64,000 bases of DNA from Candidatus Thorarchaeota archaeon (GCA_020348985.1 CP070761.1:1790931-1854930); one strand, 5' to 3'. Numbered from the stretch's first letter, positions 47,360 to 57,983 are shown. Translations and numbers: made by a program. The notes: generated by a model from the sequence alone, not told the origin.

Positions 47360-48013
47360 TCATGTGTTGGCTACTCTCGTTCGAATACTGCTGATTAACA
47401 CAATAGCCCAAATCAGAAATGTGGCCCCCATCCCCAAGAACCAACTCTCTGATTGCAGATAAGCGGGGACTATTTCAACAGACAGTATATTGATTGCAAC
47501 ACCCTGCCCATACCAATGCAGCTGAGTCGAGCTGTGATTCCTGAGTTCAAAAGAAACGGCCACGTCCAGAAAGACGTTCGTGCCCCCCTCTAGGATGACG
47601 GGCAAGACTTCAGCACGTCCACCGTATCTGACTGTAGAAGCATTCTCAACCTCAAGCCTAGGATAATGACTACCCACCAACCAAGGGATGTCTTCATCCA
47701 TGAAAGGAGGAGATGCGTTCACCGGAGTGAAAAAGAACCTGACCTGCTCGACAGTAAGGTCCACTGGTGTATCATCTATGATGTTAATCGTGAAGTTGAA
47801 CCAGACTCTGGTCGGTACAGACTCGTACATAACAGGTTGTGCAGAAACCGTTATTGATCCAAAGTGTGGGTCATCATCAAGATATTGAAATGCCTCGGTC
47901 CTTCGTTCTTGACCATAACCATATACTGCTCTAGCAATGGTGTCAGTGTAGACTGCCATCACGAAGAATGAAACGGTTATGATGGTCAGAATGAGATAGA
48001 TTCCCTTTCTCAA
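47360..48013 (-). CDS. Membrane-anchored extracellular protein (N-terminal TM/signal, beta-rich domain, C-terminal TM)
   Basis: Hydrophobic ends, N-x-S/T sequons (NFT, NAS, NHS), SD GGAGGAG upstream. Confidence 0.7.
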   Translation of the reverse strand: MRKGIYLILTIITVSFFVMAVYTDTIARAVYGYGQERRTEAFQYLDDDPHFGSITVSAQPVMYESVPTRVWFNFTINIIDDTPVDLTVEQVRFFFTPVNASPPFMDEDIPWLVGSHYPRLEVENASTVRYGGRAEVLPVILEGGTNVFLDVAVSFELRNHSSTQLHWYGQGVAINILSVEIVPAYLQSESWFLGMGATFLIWAIVLISSIRTRVANT

Positions 48014-48047
48014 AACAGCACTCCTCCTTTACTCTCTGAGCTGCTCA

Positions 48048-48298
48048 TCATTTGACCTCCGTCAGTAGTTTTTCGGCCCTCTTGTTGCTGGCATCCAACC
48101 GTAGCGCAGTTGTGACTGCGTACCATGCTTCTTCGTAGCTTTCAAAGCAAGCCATACCTCCCCCAAGTCGGTCCCCAGTTCCGAGTTTGACCTGTCCAGT
48201 GAGAGTACATTTGTAAAGGAATCTATCGCACCTTCATAATCTCTTTCGCTCTGCCTAAATCTACCTTCATGCCACAGTTTGTGATACTCACTATCAAT
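48048..48298 (-). pseudogene. 5'-truncated, frameshifted TPR-repeat gene fragment
   Basis: Frame 1 ...RDYEGAIDSFTNVLSLDRSNSE; shifted frame DRLGGGMACFESYEEAWYAVTTALRLDASNKRAEKLLTEVK*; no start codon, abuts the truncated tRNA. Confidence 0.6.
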
Positions 48299-48381
48299 GA
48301 ACCCCTACGAGAATGGATGTCCCATTAAGGCCAACCCTATGATCTTGAGTCCATCGCCGTTGACCGCTTGGCTACCTCGGC
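48299..48381 (-). pseudogene. Truncated second copy of tRNA-Leu(CAA): 5' exon, variant intron and variable arm, lacking T arm and 3' acceptor
   Basis: Exon sequence identical to 47034-47116; intron differs at 5 of 25 positions. Confidence 0.9.
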
Positions 48382-48508
48382 ATTCGTTCTGATACTCAAT
48401 TGGGTCGATATATAGCAGTTTTGGACTTGCTCAGCAACTCGCAGTGAGCGCACAGGATATATGGGTTAGTCTATAATTGCAGTACATCAGACTCGCGAAC
48501 TGGAGGAA

Positions 48509-50167
48509 ATGGACCTGGCTAGGAAATGGATGGCAATCGCGAAAGCCGAGTTCATGGTGCAAACCTCCCGGCTCCGCCGTTGGCGTAAAGGAATCAGTCT
48601 ATTGTTGCTGCTCTTTGGAGTCGTCTGGGCCCTATATATAATCCCAACAATCATGTCTAATCTTCTCGCCGAGCTTGGCACGACGGTCGAATTGGTCTTC
48701 ATGGCAAGCTTTCCTAGCTTAATGCGTTCAGCAATGCTCTTCCTTTGGATAGTTCTGTTAGTCTATCCAATTTCCTACGCGCTTCAAGAAATTCGAATTG
48801 GACAATGGGAAATTATGCTAAGTAACAATGTCAGTACACGCGACATGATGTTTGGAATGTTCATGGGGAAGGTACCAAGCTATGGTCTGTTGGTACTCTT
48901 TGCAGCCCCGATTATGCTCTCACCCTTTGCATTGCTCTTTGAGGTCAGTTTACTGGGTCAGACTATCATGTATCTAGTCGTATACTTTGTAGCAGTTGGT
49001 ACGCTCTTTCTTTCCACCCTGATCACTACAGCAATTCAGGCAAAGCTAGGTGATTCGCCTAGAGGGAACGATATAGCTAAGGCCCTAGCAATGGTAGTAG
49101 CTGTCGTGATTGTAGGTCCGATGTACGGTCTCATATACTTTGCAGACTCGATGTCGGCAGTTTTAGGCATGGATGTCTTTCTTCTTTTCCCATTCACCTG
49201 GGGTGCTGACGTTATTTCGTGGACTGTCATAGTGTTCAATGGAGTAGGCATAACGGCAAGCGCTTTTCTCAGCATCCTCAGATTAGATGCATTAACGAGC
49301 CTGCTTTTGCTGGTTCTTTTCACTGTGGGATCAGTGGGCCTAGCGGATCGATCTGCTGATAGGATCTTTAGTTTTGGTGCAGGGCCAAGAACAGAGAAGA
49401 TTACAACCGTCGGTGAAGAGAATCGCATTCTGAAGAACATAAGACGCATTTGGCCAGGATCCTTCGGCGTGATGGTTGTAACGTCTATCAAGGAGTTCAG
49501 CAGGAAAATGCAGAACGTCTCTCGACTGGCCTACGGCGTTGTCCTATCTGTTCTTCTTCCAGTCATCTTGAATGCCTCGATTGGATCCATTGGAGAGGAG
49601 GCTCCGGCTGAAGTACGTGGAATAATCACTCTGATGACATTTCTCATGCTGGGCTTCATGTTGGCCATGTTAGCCGGGATAACATTCGGAGGGATTGGAT
49701 TCCTCGAGTCCAAAAGTCAACTCTGGATAATAATGTCTGCACCGAGAGGCGCATGGAAGTTCGCCAAGGCCCGAATCACGCAGTCTTTGCTGCTTTCCAT
49801 ACCTCTAGCCATCATCCCCTCGGTACCGGTGGTAGTACTGTTTGGATTTGGTGTTGCTGAGTTTCTCGCCCTCGTCGCTTTTACATGGTGGACAATATCG
49901 GGTGCTGTTTTGCTCAGTACCGGAGTGACTGCGAACAATCCTGCATACGAAGATCAGAAAAGCACCGCGTTCTACGTTAACACCTTCGCATCCATCGTCT
50001 TGATCATGATTGTCATGATCCTCTCATTATTTCCAGCAATCTCTCTTATGACGATCTATGCGAGCTTGCCGTTGTTCTTGATCATACTCAGCACACCTCT
50101 CGTACTCGTCGGCATAGGTGTCTTCTTCATAGGCATAGGAAGAATGTCGAGAGCCGAAATCGCGTGA
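48509..50167 (+). CDS. Polytopic membrane protein (putative ABC-2-type exporter permease)
   Basis: About 12-14 TMs in two repeats; no ATPase adjacent. Confidence 0.65.
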   Translation: MDLARKWMAIAKAEFMVQTSRLRRWRKGISLLLLLFGVVWALYIIPTIMSNLLAELGTTVELVFMASFPSLMRSAMLFLWIVLLVYPISYALQEIRIGQWEIMLSNNVSTRDMMFGMFMGKVPSYGLLVLFAAPIMLSPFALLFEVSLLGQTIMYLVVYFVAVGTLFLSTLITTAIQAKLGDSPRGNDIAKALAMVVAVVIVGPMYGLIYFADSMSAVLGMDVFLLFPFTWGADVISWTVIVFNGVGITASAFLSILRLDALTSLLLLVLFTVGSVGLADRSADRIFSFGAGPRTEKITTVGEENRILKNIRRIWPGSFGVMVVTSIKEFSRKMQNVSRLAYGVVLSVLLPVILNASIGSIGEEAPAEVRGIITLMTFLMLGFMLAMLAGITFGGIGFLESKSQLWIIMSAPRGAWKFAKARITQSLLLSIPLAIIPSVPVVVLFGFGVAEFLALVAFTWWTISGAVLLSTGVTANNPAYEDQKSTAFYVNTFASIVLIMIVMILSLFPAISLMTIYASLPLFLIILSTPLVLVGIGVFFIGIGRMSRAEIA

Positions 50168-50170
50168 CAC

Positions 50171-50896
50171 TCACAACTGAAGCTTCACAATGTCTAGCAT
50201 CTTGGGAATGATGACCTCGCAATCAGAAAATTCCCTTTCAACTAGCCCCTTGAACCTCTTTGTCTGTTTACCTGTTCCGTGGAAAGCGACCGCGACGCTC
50301 GGCTGCAAGTCCATTGCCATTGCCAACGCCACTTCTGGAGCACAAGTCGGTGAAGGTGATCCAGTTGGGAGGAAAGCCACGTTTGATTTGAAATTCCTCC
50401 AGCTCATGTACCCCGAATCTCCAGCGTGGAAGATACTTGTTCTCCCCCAGCTGACTCTAAACATGCTTATTGGCCGAGGATGAACTCCAACTAGACTTGC
50501 AACCTTCGCATTCCCTACAGTGAAAATGTCCTTCTTGTCCTCTGGGTTTCTCGAAGTGAGCTTGTCCGATGGGACATACTTCTCTAAATCGTCAGCAACC
50601 TGTCTCTCTGCTACTATGTGGGCACGTGTTGCTCCGAATAGTCGCCTCGCTGCGCCCCTGTTATAGTGATCACTATGGGTATGTGTATAGAGAATAAGAT
50701 CTAGTTCCTTGATTGCCATACTCTGAATCTGCGTCGGGAATCTGGCGGTGTCGATTGCGGCAGTTCCATTGTCGGTTCTCACAATCACTCTAGAGGCTCC
50801 CAAGTACAGAAAGGCGATCTCCTTCTTCTCAAGCGTAAGTGAATAAAGCCTGCGTATTGAATCAACGACATCATTCGTATCTGCCAAAGGCTCCAC
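50171..50896 (-). CDS. MBL-fold metallohydrolase (UlaG/Lactamase_B_3-like)
   Basis: YTHTHSDH, IFHAGDS, AVAFHG. Confidence 0.85.
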   Translation of the reverse strand: MEPLADTNDVVDSIRRLYSLTLEKKEIAFLYLGASRVIVRTDNGTAAIDTARFPTQIQSMAIKELDLILYTHTHSDHYNRGAARRLFGATRAHIVAERQVADDLEKYVPSDKLTSRNPEDKKDIFTVGNAKVASLVGVHPRPISMFRVSWGRTSIFHAGDSGYMSWRNFKSNVAFLPTGSPSPTCAPEVALAMAMDLQPSVAVAFHGTGKQTKRFKGLVEREFSDCEVIIPKMLDIVKLQL

Positions 50897-51029
50897 TACT
50901 CCTCAGAGTCATTGACCTAGCAGCGCCCTCCCCTATGACTAAAGTGGTTTCCCATCAGAGTAATCTATTAGGCAGGATTATCCTAAGCAAATCCATACCC
51001 AGAAGTCTCTAGGCGTCAAGTAACAGGTC

Positions 51030-51356
51030 CTACTCCTCCAAAAGAGGTCTAATCTGTGCGTAGAAGTCAGTAAGTATCTTTGACTTGTTGTCCTCAGTTT
51101 CCAGGATGAACAAACGAATCTGTTGTCCGACCTTGATCTCCTTTATGAGACCCATGTCAACAAGTGGTTGCATTACCCTGTGAATCGTGGAGTGTGCCAG
51201 TCCAGTCTCCTTGGCGATGCGGCTTAGGTTGAAGAAGTCCTTCGGACGGTCTAGGAAATGTTGAACCACTCTGGTCTGAGCACGGGAGGCGAAGATCTTC
51301 TCAAGAAGCTTAGTCACTCTTGCAGGTCTGACATCTGGTTCCTCTGTTTTACTCAT
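51030..51356 (-). CDS. Winged-helix DNA-binding protein, coupled to pyrH
   Basis: FNLSRIAKETGLAHSTIHRVMQPLVDMGLI; ATG overlaps the pyrH stop. Confidence 0.8.
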   Translation of the reverse strand: MSKTEEPDVRPARVTKLLEKIFASRAQTRVVQHFLDRPKDFFNLSRIAKETGLAHSTIHRVMQPLVDMGLIKEIKVGQQIRLFILETEDNKSKILTDFYAQIRPLLEE

Positions 51357-52035
51357 GCACAATAACACTCCCGATTTTCTTCCCCTCAAAGATGTTCCTT
51401 AGATTCTCTGGGTCCCTTCCATCGAAGATTACTGCGCTAATCTTTGATCGTTCTACGACTCTTATTGCGACAGGGTCAAAGAGCTTATACTCTCCTGCTC
51501 TAGTACCCCCAGCAGAAAGAATCGACCTGAGTTCTGCTATCTTGACAGTATCTAGCTTCTTTGCTCCAGACAGCTTTGGATCCTTGTCATATACCCCGTC
51601 CACGTTAGTGGCGTTGAAGAGCCTCTCAGCTCCAACGGTTTCTGCTGCAACTGCCGCCACAGCATTTGTCGATTGAGCAGGGATTAGTCCGCCCATAAGC
51701 ACAACCTTGCCGTATTGGATTGCAGTCTCAAGTTCGTCAAGTGACTCGACAATCTTTGGATAGGCCACATCACCTAAGGCAGCACCAAGTAGCTCTGCAT
51801 TCTGTCTTGCCATCTTGATACCTATCCAGTCACACTGAGCTTCACTTGCACCTAGCTCTCGGGCGGCCTCAATGAACATTCTAGCTGGTTTTCCGCCCCC
51901 GACTACGATGACCAGCTGATGTCCCTCTTTAGAAAGTCCCAAGATCACGTCCGCATATCTTCTGATTCGGTCAGTTAGGACCTCGCCTGCGTCGTCATAG
52001 AGGAGTGATCCTCCGATCTTGAGGACAGCTCTCAA
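51349..52035 (-). CDS. pyrH: UMP kinase
   Basis: VLKIGGS, IVVGGG..AR, GGLIPAQSTNAVAA, ATNVDGVYDKDP, FDPVA. Confidence 0.93.
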   Translation of the reverse strand: MRAVLKIGGSLLYDDAGEVLTDRIRRYADVILGLSKEGHQLVIVVGGGKPARMFIEAARELGASEAQCDWIGIKMARQNAELLGAALGDVAYPKIVESLDELETAIQYGKVVLMGGLIPAQSTNAVAAVAAETVGAERLFNATNVDGVYDKDPKLSGAKKLDTVKIAELRSILSAGGTRAGEYKLFDPVAIRVVERSKISAVIFDGRDPENLRNIFEGKKIGSVIVHE

Positions 52036-52239
52036 ATCTTGTTCTCCATCTGCCCAGAACTGCAGACGAGATGTCTTCACTTGGGTGATTAAAGAAGCTT
52101 ATTTGGATGAATAGTCAAGCTCGACGATATTTCGAAGCTAATTGCGCAACCTGTAGAAACTGCCGGACAGACCGGAAAAGCACAATGAATCCTTTTATGC
52201 ACACGCCACCGCAATTTGATTGTTCGAAGTGGTGACATT

Positions 52240-53082
52240 ATGAGGCCGAGTAGAACGTGGCTATTCGCAGTTACTATGACAGCACTCTTTGTGTCAATGT
52301 CAGTAGTATCAGCCGATGCTGCAGTAGTTGACAGCATATACAGTTTCACGGTGACTTTCACAACACAGAGCACACGAGATGCGACTGGGCCGAGGGCTGA
52401 ATCTAGTAGTGTTGGTCAGTTCCAAATCCAGGTGTACAATGTTACTCCTTCAGATCGGTATGAATACAATTACTATGGATATTCCATGTTCTTGTCATTC
52501 CCTGTAGACCGGAATGATACCGTTGACTTCCAAGACAACAAGGTCAGTTTCGACCTCTTTATATCCAATTCAGACGATGACGATAGAGCCGAGTCAGCTA
52601 GCATCAGATTCTATCCTTATGCCCCGGGAAACCCCGGTCGTGACATTTTTGTTAATCCCACTTGGAGTACTCATGAAACCGATTGGAATGATGCAGTTTC
52701 TGACGCAGAAGACGAGTCGACAGTTGCATCGCTTGTAGAGTCTGTCAGCAATGGCCAGTTCTCGCTGGATCTAGTTGTGGATATTGAGTCGACAGTTTCC
52801 GTAGGAACATCATCCCAAGCAGCGAATGGCACGATCACTTTCGACTATGATTCATTCTATGATGAAGATGGTGTCCTTTCGTCACACACCTTGACTACGC
52901 GAACTCATCTGCAGAACGAGAACTACACCAGCGACTATACCACAACGCTAAGCATAGTCAGAGGTGGAGCTGGAGGACTTCCCCCAGATCCCGCACTTGG
53001 TACAACCCTAGTCATAGCTGGCGGAGCGGCCGTTGCAGGACTTGTCATTGGGGTCATTGTTGGACGGAAATTCGCCTCCTAA
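52240..53082 (+). CDS. Secreted/cell-surface protein with C-terminal TM anchor
   Basis: Signal peptide, acidic Ser/Thr-rich beta domain with sequons, Gly/Pro linker, TM followed by RK. Confidence 0.75.
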   Translation: MRPSRTWLFAVTMTALFVSMSVVSADAAVVDSIYSFTVTFTTQSTRDATGPRAESSSVGQFQIQVYNVTPSDRYEYNYYGYSMFLSFPVDRNDTVDFQDNKVSFDLFISNSDDDDRAESASIRFYPYAPGNPGRDIFVNPTWSTHETDWNDAVSDAEDESTVASLVESVSNGQFSLDLVVDIESTVSVGTSSQAANGTITFDYDSFYDEDGVLSSHTLTTRTHLQNENYTSDYTTTLSIVRGGAGGLPPDPALGTTLVIAGGAAVAGLVIGVIVGRKFAS

Positions 53083-53257
53083 AGCTCCCGCCCCCGACGA
53101 ATTAATTGACCGTGCTAGTGTCATAAGACGGAGACATAGAGATAGAGTCTTTGGTCAAGCACCGTTGTCCATAAGCCTTTTAGGACAACCCCCTCCTCCG
53201 AATCAATGGCGGACTCATCCGAGTCAAGAGCCTTGCTGACATCAAGGATGTGAGGTT

Positions 53258-55723
53258 TTGGACAAATTCACTCCCAAGATAACATCAAAACGCTGGAAAC
53301 CAGAGAATGAAAAAGAGCTGCTTGCAATTTGGGCGGACGAAGACACATATCGCTTTGATATGGATTCGGACAAACCGTGGTATACCGTAGATACGCCGCC
53401 GCCGTACCTTTCAGGTCCAATGCATGTCGGACAGGTTATTCACTATACGCAGATTGACCAGATAGCACGGTATCGGAGAATGCAAGGCAGGGAAGTCAAC
53501 TTTCCATTGGGAATCGATAGGAACGGTCTCCCAGTGGAGGTCCGAGTTGAAAAGGGGCTTGGAATCAGCATGCATGAAACTCCCCGAGATGAGTTCATCA
53601 GACTTTGCCGGGAACAACTCGACAAAGACGAAAAGATTGCACTTGACGGCTTCAAGAGGGTGGGCATAGCATTCAACACCTACGAAAAAGAGGGCAGTTA
53701 CCGGACTGATGACTCCAACTACAGAGCAATAACTCAGGCGACTTTCATCGATATCTGGAACAAAGGACTTGTGTATCGTGATGCTCGTCCCAACAACTGG
53801 TGCTTTGAGTGTGGTACTACAATAGCCGATGCAGAGGTAGAATATTCTGAAAGACCAACAACACTGAGTTATCTCTACTTTCATGTAGATGGGATGGAAC
53901 CACTCAAGATCGCCACTACACGTCCAGAGCTTCTCAGTGCCTGCGGAGCTGTCTTCATTCATCCGGATGACGAACGCTATCAAGGTTATAGTGGAAAGAA
54001 GGCAAAGGTGCCAATCTTTGGTCAAGAAGTTCCGATAATCGAGAGTCCAACAGCCCAAATGGAGTTTGGAACTGGAGTTCTCATGGTTTGCAGCTATGGA
54101 GATCAGGCCGATGTTATGGCATTCCGAGACTATGCGCTCAAGCCGATTGGTGCTGTTTCTCCTGATGGCAGGATGACTGAAGCTGCAGGCAAGTACGCTG
54201 GAATGGAGATTGAGGCTGCTCGAAAACAAATCGTTGAAGATCTGAAATCCGAGGGGCTTCTCTACAGCCAAGAGCCTGGAACGCAACGAGTGCCGCTATG
54301 TTGGCGAAGCAAGACCCCCATCGAGTTCATTGCAATGGAGGAGTACTACATTAAGCAAACTGACTTCATAGATGAGCTTAGGAAGATAACTGATGAGACC
54401 ACATTCTTCCCGTCGCATCATAGACAGATTCTCCACAACTGGTTAGACAGAGTGACCGTAGACTGGCCAGTGAGCCGCCGAAGATACTATGGAACAGAGC
54501 TCCCCATTTGGTACTGCAACTCATGCGGAGAAGCCGTTGTGCCCGAGCTTGGTGAGTTACGATACTACCAACCATGGAAAGAAGATCCTCCATTCAGTAA
54601 GTGCCCCAAGTGTGGCGCTGAAGAAGGATTCAAGGGCGAAGAACGAACTTTCGACACATGGATGGATTCGTCAATAAGCGGGATGAAGGTTGTGGGCTAT
54701 CTCCAGGATGACAAGTTCTTCAAGAAGGGCTTTGGTAGTGTAATGCGACCTCAAGGCAAGGACATTGTGAGAACTTGGCTATACTATTCCCTGCTTAGAA
54801 CCTTCCAGCTCACCGGAAAGCCGGCGTTCTGTGAGATTTGGGTTTCAGGCCATGTTGTGGACGAAAAGGGTGAGACAATGAGCAAGTCAAAGGGCAACTC
54901 ACCTGATCCTCTACCCATAATCGAGCAGTACGGTGCAGATGCTATGCGTCTCTATGGCGTCTTGGAGGCAGGCTTGGGAAGTGACATACGGTTTTCCGAA
55001 GAGCGTCTTGCCGGTGTTTCCAAGTTCATGACCAAGTTGTGGAACATTGCACGTTTCATCTCGATGTTTCGTGAACCACCAGAAATGAAGTTCAAAGAGC
55101 TTACCCCCGTGGACCAGTGGATCCTTTCCGAAGCTAACAGACTTGTGACTACAATAATCCCTGAATGTGACCTTCTAGACTTCCATAAGCCAATAATTGA
55201 AATCAGAGGGTTCACTTGGAATCTGTTTGCAGACCACATTCTGGAATTGCTCAAGGGCAGATGCTTCAATAGCGAGGATGTTTTCACGGAGAAGGAACAG
55301 ACTTCTGCTTGGTTTGCCCTTCATAGTGTCTTGAAGATAATTCTGAGAGTACTCGCTCCGCTTACACCATTCATCACTGACCGCATCTACAGAGACCTCT
55401 ATAATCCGAACGGGATTCATCTGAACGACTATCCATCTCCAAGGGAGGACTGGAAGTCAAAGCTCGTAGAGCACACTAACCTCCTAATGCAGACAAACAG
55501 CGGTTTCTGGAAGTTCAAAAGAGAGAACGGCCTTTCGTTGCGACAGGGTTTGCCGGCTGCAATCATATCTAAGGATCTGAAACCCTGGGCCAAGGACATA
55601 CAAGCCATGCACGGAGTCGAAAAGATTGGCTTTGGAACGCCCGATGGAGACGACTATGTAGAGGTTAATCTACCTGAAACGGAGGAAACGATATTCATCA
55701 AGCCGCCCACAGCGGCAGAATAA
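53258..55723 (+). CDS. valS: Valine--tRNA ligase
   Basis: DTPPPYLSGPMHVGQ (HIGH), IATTRPELL, DWPVSRRRYYG, DTWMDSS, RPQGKDIVRTW, MSKSKGN (KMSKS). Confidence 0.95.
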   Translation: MDKFTPKITSKRWKPENEKELLAIWADEDTYRFDMDSDKPWYTVDTPPPYLSGPMHVGQVIHYTQIDQIARYRRMQGREVNFPLGIDRNGLPVEVRVEKGLGISMHETPRDEFIRLCREQLDKDEKIALDGFKRVGIAFNTYEKEGSYRTDDSNYRAITQATFIDIWNKGLVYRDARPNNWCFECGTTIADAEVEYSERPTTLSYLYFHVDGMEPLKIATTRPELLSACGAVFIHPDDERYQGYSGKKAKVPIFGQEVPIIESPTAQMEFGTGVLMVCSYGDQADVMAFRDYALKPIGAVSPDGRMTEAAGKYAGMEIEAARKQIVEDLKSEGLLYSQEPGTQRVPLCWRSKTPIEFIAMEEYYIKQTDFIDELRKITDETTFFPSHHRQILHNWLDRVTVDWPVSRRRYYGTELPIWYCNSCGEAVVPELGELRYYQPWKEDPPFSKCPKCGAEEGFKGEERTFDTWMDSSISGMKVVGYLQDDKFFKKGFGSVMRPQGKDIVRTWLYYSLLRTFQLTGKPAFCEIWVSGHVVDEKGETMSKSKGNSPDPLPIIEQYGADAMRLYGVLEAGLGSDIRFSEERLAGVSKFMTKLWNIARFISMFREPPEMKFKELTPVDQWILSEANRLVTTIIPECDLLDFHKPIIEIRGFTWNLFADHILELLKGRCFNSEDVFTEKEQTSAWFALHSVLKIILRVLAPLTPFITDRIYRDLYNPNGIHLNDYPSPREDWKSKLVEHTNLLMQTNSGFWKFKRENGLSLRQGLPAAIISKDLKPWAKDIQAMHGVEKIGFGTPDGDDYVEVNLPETEETIFIKPPTAAE

Positions 55724-55746
55724 CGCGGACAAGCATACTACCCGGT

Positions 55747-56193
55747 TCAGGGCTCCACGACTATGTCTCCTTCGTGGGCAACGGGGCACTTCATGCTGTT
55801 GGCCACAAAGCAATACTTGGCTCCTAGATACAGTGCTCTCTCAAACTTGGATCGTAGCTCTTCAGACTCAATTACGACTCTAGCTCGATTGATGATCTTG
55901 GTGATTTCAAAGCTACGCCCCACCTGTTCAAGGGTCCCGGTCCCTTCACATTCGAATGCTTTGAATTCAATATGCATTCTCTTTGTGAAGTAGACAAATG
56001 AATTCACAAAACAGATTGTTGCAGAGGCAACGAAGAGGTCCTCTGGTGAGAAATACTCGGGATTGCCTTCGAAACCTTTGGGCCACGAGACTCTGAGGGA
56101 CGGCTTCCCTTCGAAGATCGCTTCTCCTCCCCGCTCATGGTCCCAAGCAACCTTGAGACGATATTCCTTTGGCTCCTCACTCAAGAGAATCAC
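55747..56193 (-). CDS. OsmC family protein
   Basis: SPEDLFVASATICF...AKYCFVANSM. Confidence 0.88.
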   Translation of the reverse strand: MILLSEEPKEYRLKVAWDHERGGEAIFEGKPSLRVSWPKGFEGNPEYFSPEDLFVASATICFVNSFVYFTKRMHIEFKAFECEGTGTLEQVGRSFEITKIINRARVVIESEELRSKFERALYLGAKYCFVANSMKCPVAHEGDIVVEP

Positions 56194-56236
56194 TTACTTG
56201 ACGGTGAAGCTGCGTGAGAGAAAAGGGTTTAGGCCA

Positions 56237-57127
56237 TTACATTTCCAGCATTAGTTTCTTGATTCTCTCAGTCATGACAAGTGCTTCTTTCCAGGGTCTC
56301 TGCCAAAGGTTTCTACCAAATAGGAATCCGTTTCCACCTTGTTCTAGAGTTACCCTGGCCCTTCGCAATAGGTCATCATCACCCAACCTGCTACCGCCAG
56401 AGAATAGGACCGGAATCTTGCCCGCTGTTTTAACTACCCTGTTGACCCTCTCTTCGTAACTAGGCTCTAGCGAGGAATAAGGCTCTGGCTGGTCTCCTCT
56501 TGTCTTTGGGTCATCCACTGGAACATTCAACTTGACGGCATCTGCTCCAAGCTCAAGCGCAACCCTAGCGGCATAGTCAATGGCGTACAAGGAGTTTCGA
56601 CCGCCTTTGATGTCGATTGCTTCGCCACGAGGATATGACCAAAGGATTATGGGCATTCCATATCGATCGGCATCAGCCTTTATTCTTCTGAACTGAATGA
56701 AATCATCCGTCTGTCGTGGGCTGCCAACATAGAGAGTGTATCCTATTGCATCCGCGCCAATTCGAACAGCGTCCTCTACTGAAGCTGTCAGTGGAGATAT
56801 TGCATGGGAGTCAGGAGGGATTCTTGTCTTGCCATTGACCTTCAGTACAATTGGCACTGCACCGGCGTACTTCCTCGCGTAGATTTGTGCCAGCCCCAAA
56901 TGAAGTGCTATACCTGAGTAACCCCCTTCAAGAGCCAGCTTGAATTGGAATTCAGGATTCGCTGATTCGGGATTGGGAAAGAATGTTGATGGGCCGTGTT
57001 CCATGCCCTGGTCTATTGGCAAAATGAGCATACGCCCGTTTCCTGGACCGTGTTCATACATTAGTCGATGCAATCTAACCCTCTTGCCCAGAGTTAGGTG
57101 ATCTAATTCGTCGAGCCTTGAGGTCAT
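56237..57127 (-). CDS. Class I (DhnA-type) fructose-bisphosphate aldolase
   Basis: ILPIDQGMEHGP, GADAIGYTLYVGS, WSYPRG, ELGADAVK, SGG, FGRNLWQR. Confidence 0.9.
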   Translation of the reverse strand: MTSRLDELDHLTLGKRVRLHRLMYEHGPGNGRMLILPIDQGMEHGPSTFFPNPESANPEFQFKLALEGGYSGIALHLGLAQIYARKYAGAVPIVLKVNGKTRIPPDSHAISPLTASVEDAVRIGADAIGYTLYVGSPRQTDDFIQFRRIKADADRYGMPIILWSYPRGEAIDIKGGRNSLYAIDYAARVALELGADAVKLNVPVDDPKTRGDQPEPYSSLEPSYEERVNRVVKTAGKIPVLFSGGSRLGDDDLLRRARVTLEQGGNGFLFGRNLWQRPWKEALVMTERIKKLMLEM

Positions 57128-57206
57128 TTCAAATCAATCCTGTCGGGAAATTGTCATGTCCCGATTTCAATCCTTCCTGAATCGACTTGAGAGAAGAAAC
57201 GGGCTT

Positions 57207-57983
57207 CTAAAGCTTTGATTTCTCAGCCTTGATTACCAAAAAGAACGGAATACGGCTTTCTCTTTCAAAGAAATCATTCTTCTTCACTGGAGTGGGTTCC
57301 TCAACCCTGCTAATTACAAACCCTGCACCAAGTAGCGTGTTGACGTAGGTCGAGATAGTCCTATGAAAGAAAACTATGGGCTGTGGGAATTCCTCACCAT
57401 CATAAGACTTCCAGAACCGCTCGTATGGTTCTTCTTGGAAGTAGAAGTCCATCTTGAAGAATAGGCCCCTTCTCCGATGGGTTCTTGGATCCTTCTTTCC
57501 GAATTCCCAGGAGCCCGGACCATAGAAATTGAATGCTGGATGAGTCACCGAGAACACGAGGAATCCCCCTGGTTTCAGCACGCGGTGAATCTCCCTCAAG
57601 GCAGCATCAAAGCAAGGAGTGTTCAGCAGAACTAGGTTACAGAGCACGCAATCGAATGTGTCATCCGAAATCGAACCTAGATTGCAGATGTCTCCCTCTT
57701 CAAACCTGACGGTATCTTTCTCGACCACGTGGGACTGTGCAATCTCGATTAGTTTCGATGAAATATCTACTCCCAACACACGAGCACCCATTTTGGCATA
57801 ATGGCGAGATAGATAGCCTTCACCGCATCCCGCATCAAGAATGTAAAGACCGTCTACGTCCCCCATGAGAGACTCGACACAAGGATTGAGGATTTGCTGA
57901 TGATGCGGTGTTCCCATGTCTCCTATGAGATCAGCATAGGCCTGCGCATTTTCATCCCAAAGACCAGTTATGCGCGCGTCCAT
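57207..57983 (-). CDS. Class I SAM-dependent methyltransferase
   Basis: ILDAGCGEGYL, RVLKPGG.LVFSVTHP, FHRTISTY. Confidence 0.88.
   Translation of the reverse strand: MDARITGLWDENAQAYADLIGDMGTPHHQQILNPCVESLMGDVDGLYILDAGCGEGYLSRHYAKMGARVLGVDISSKLIEIAQSHVVEKDTVRFEEGDICNLGSISDDTFDCVLCNLVLLNTPCFDAALREIHRVLKPGGFLVFSVTHPAFNFYGPGSWEFGKKDPRTHRRRGLFFKMDFYFQEEPYERFWKSYDGEEFPQPIVFFHRTISTYVNTLLGAGFVISRVEEPTPVKKNDFFERESRIPFFLVIKAEKSKL

Noticed and set aside
48299-48381. Split (trans-spliced) tRNA half
   Set aside because: The break is at the T-arm start with no evident complementary leader or BHB, and it abuts a broken TPR gene. Truncation is more parsimonious.
53411-54286. Long antisense ORF of 291 aa (also 17422-18054, 12345-12869, 453-953 and similar)
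   Set aside because: Shadow ORFs opposite well-supported genes, with no motifs.
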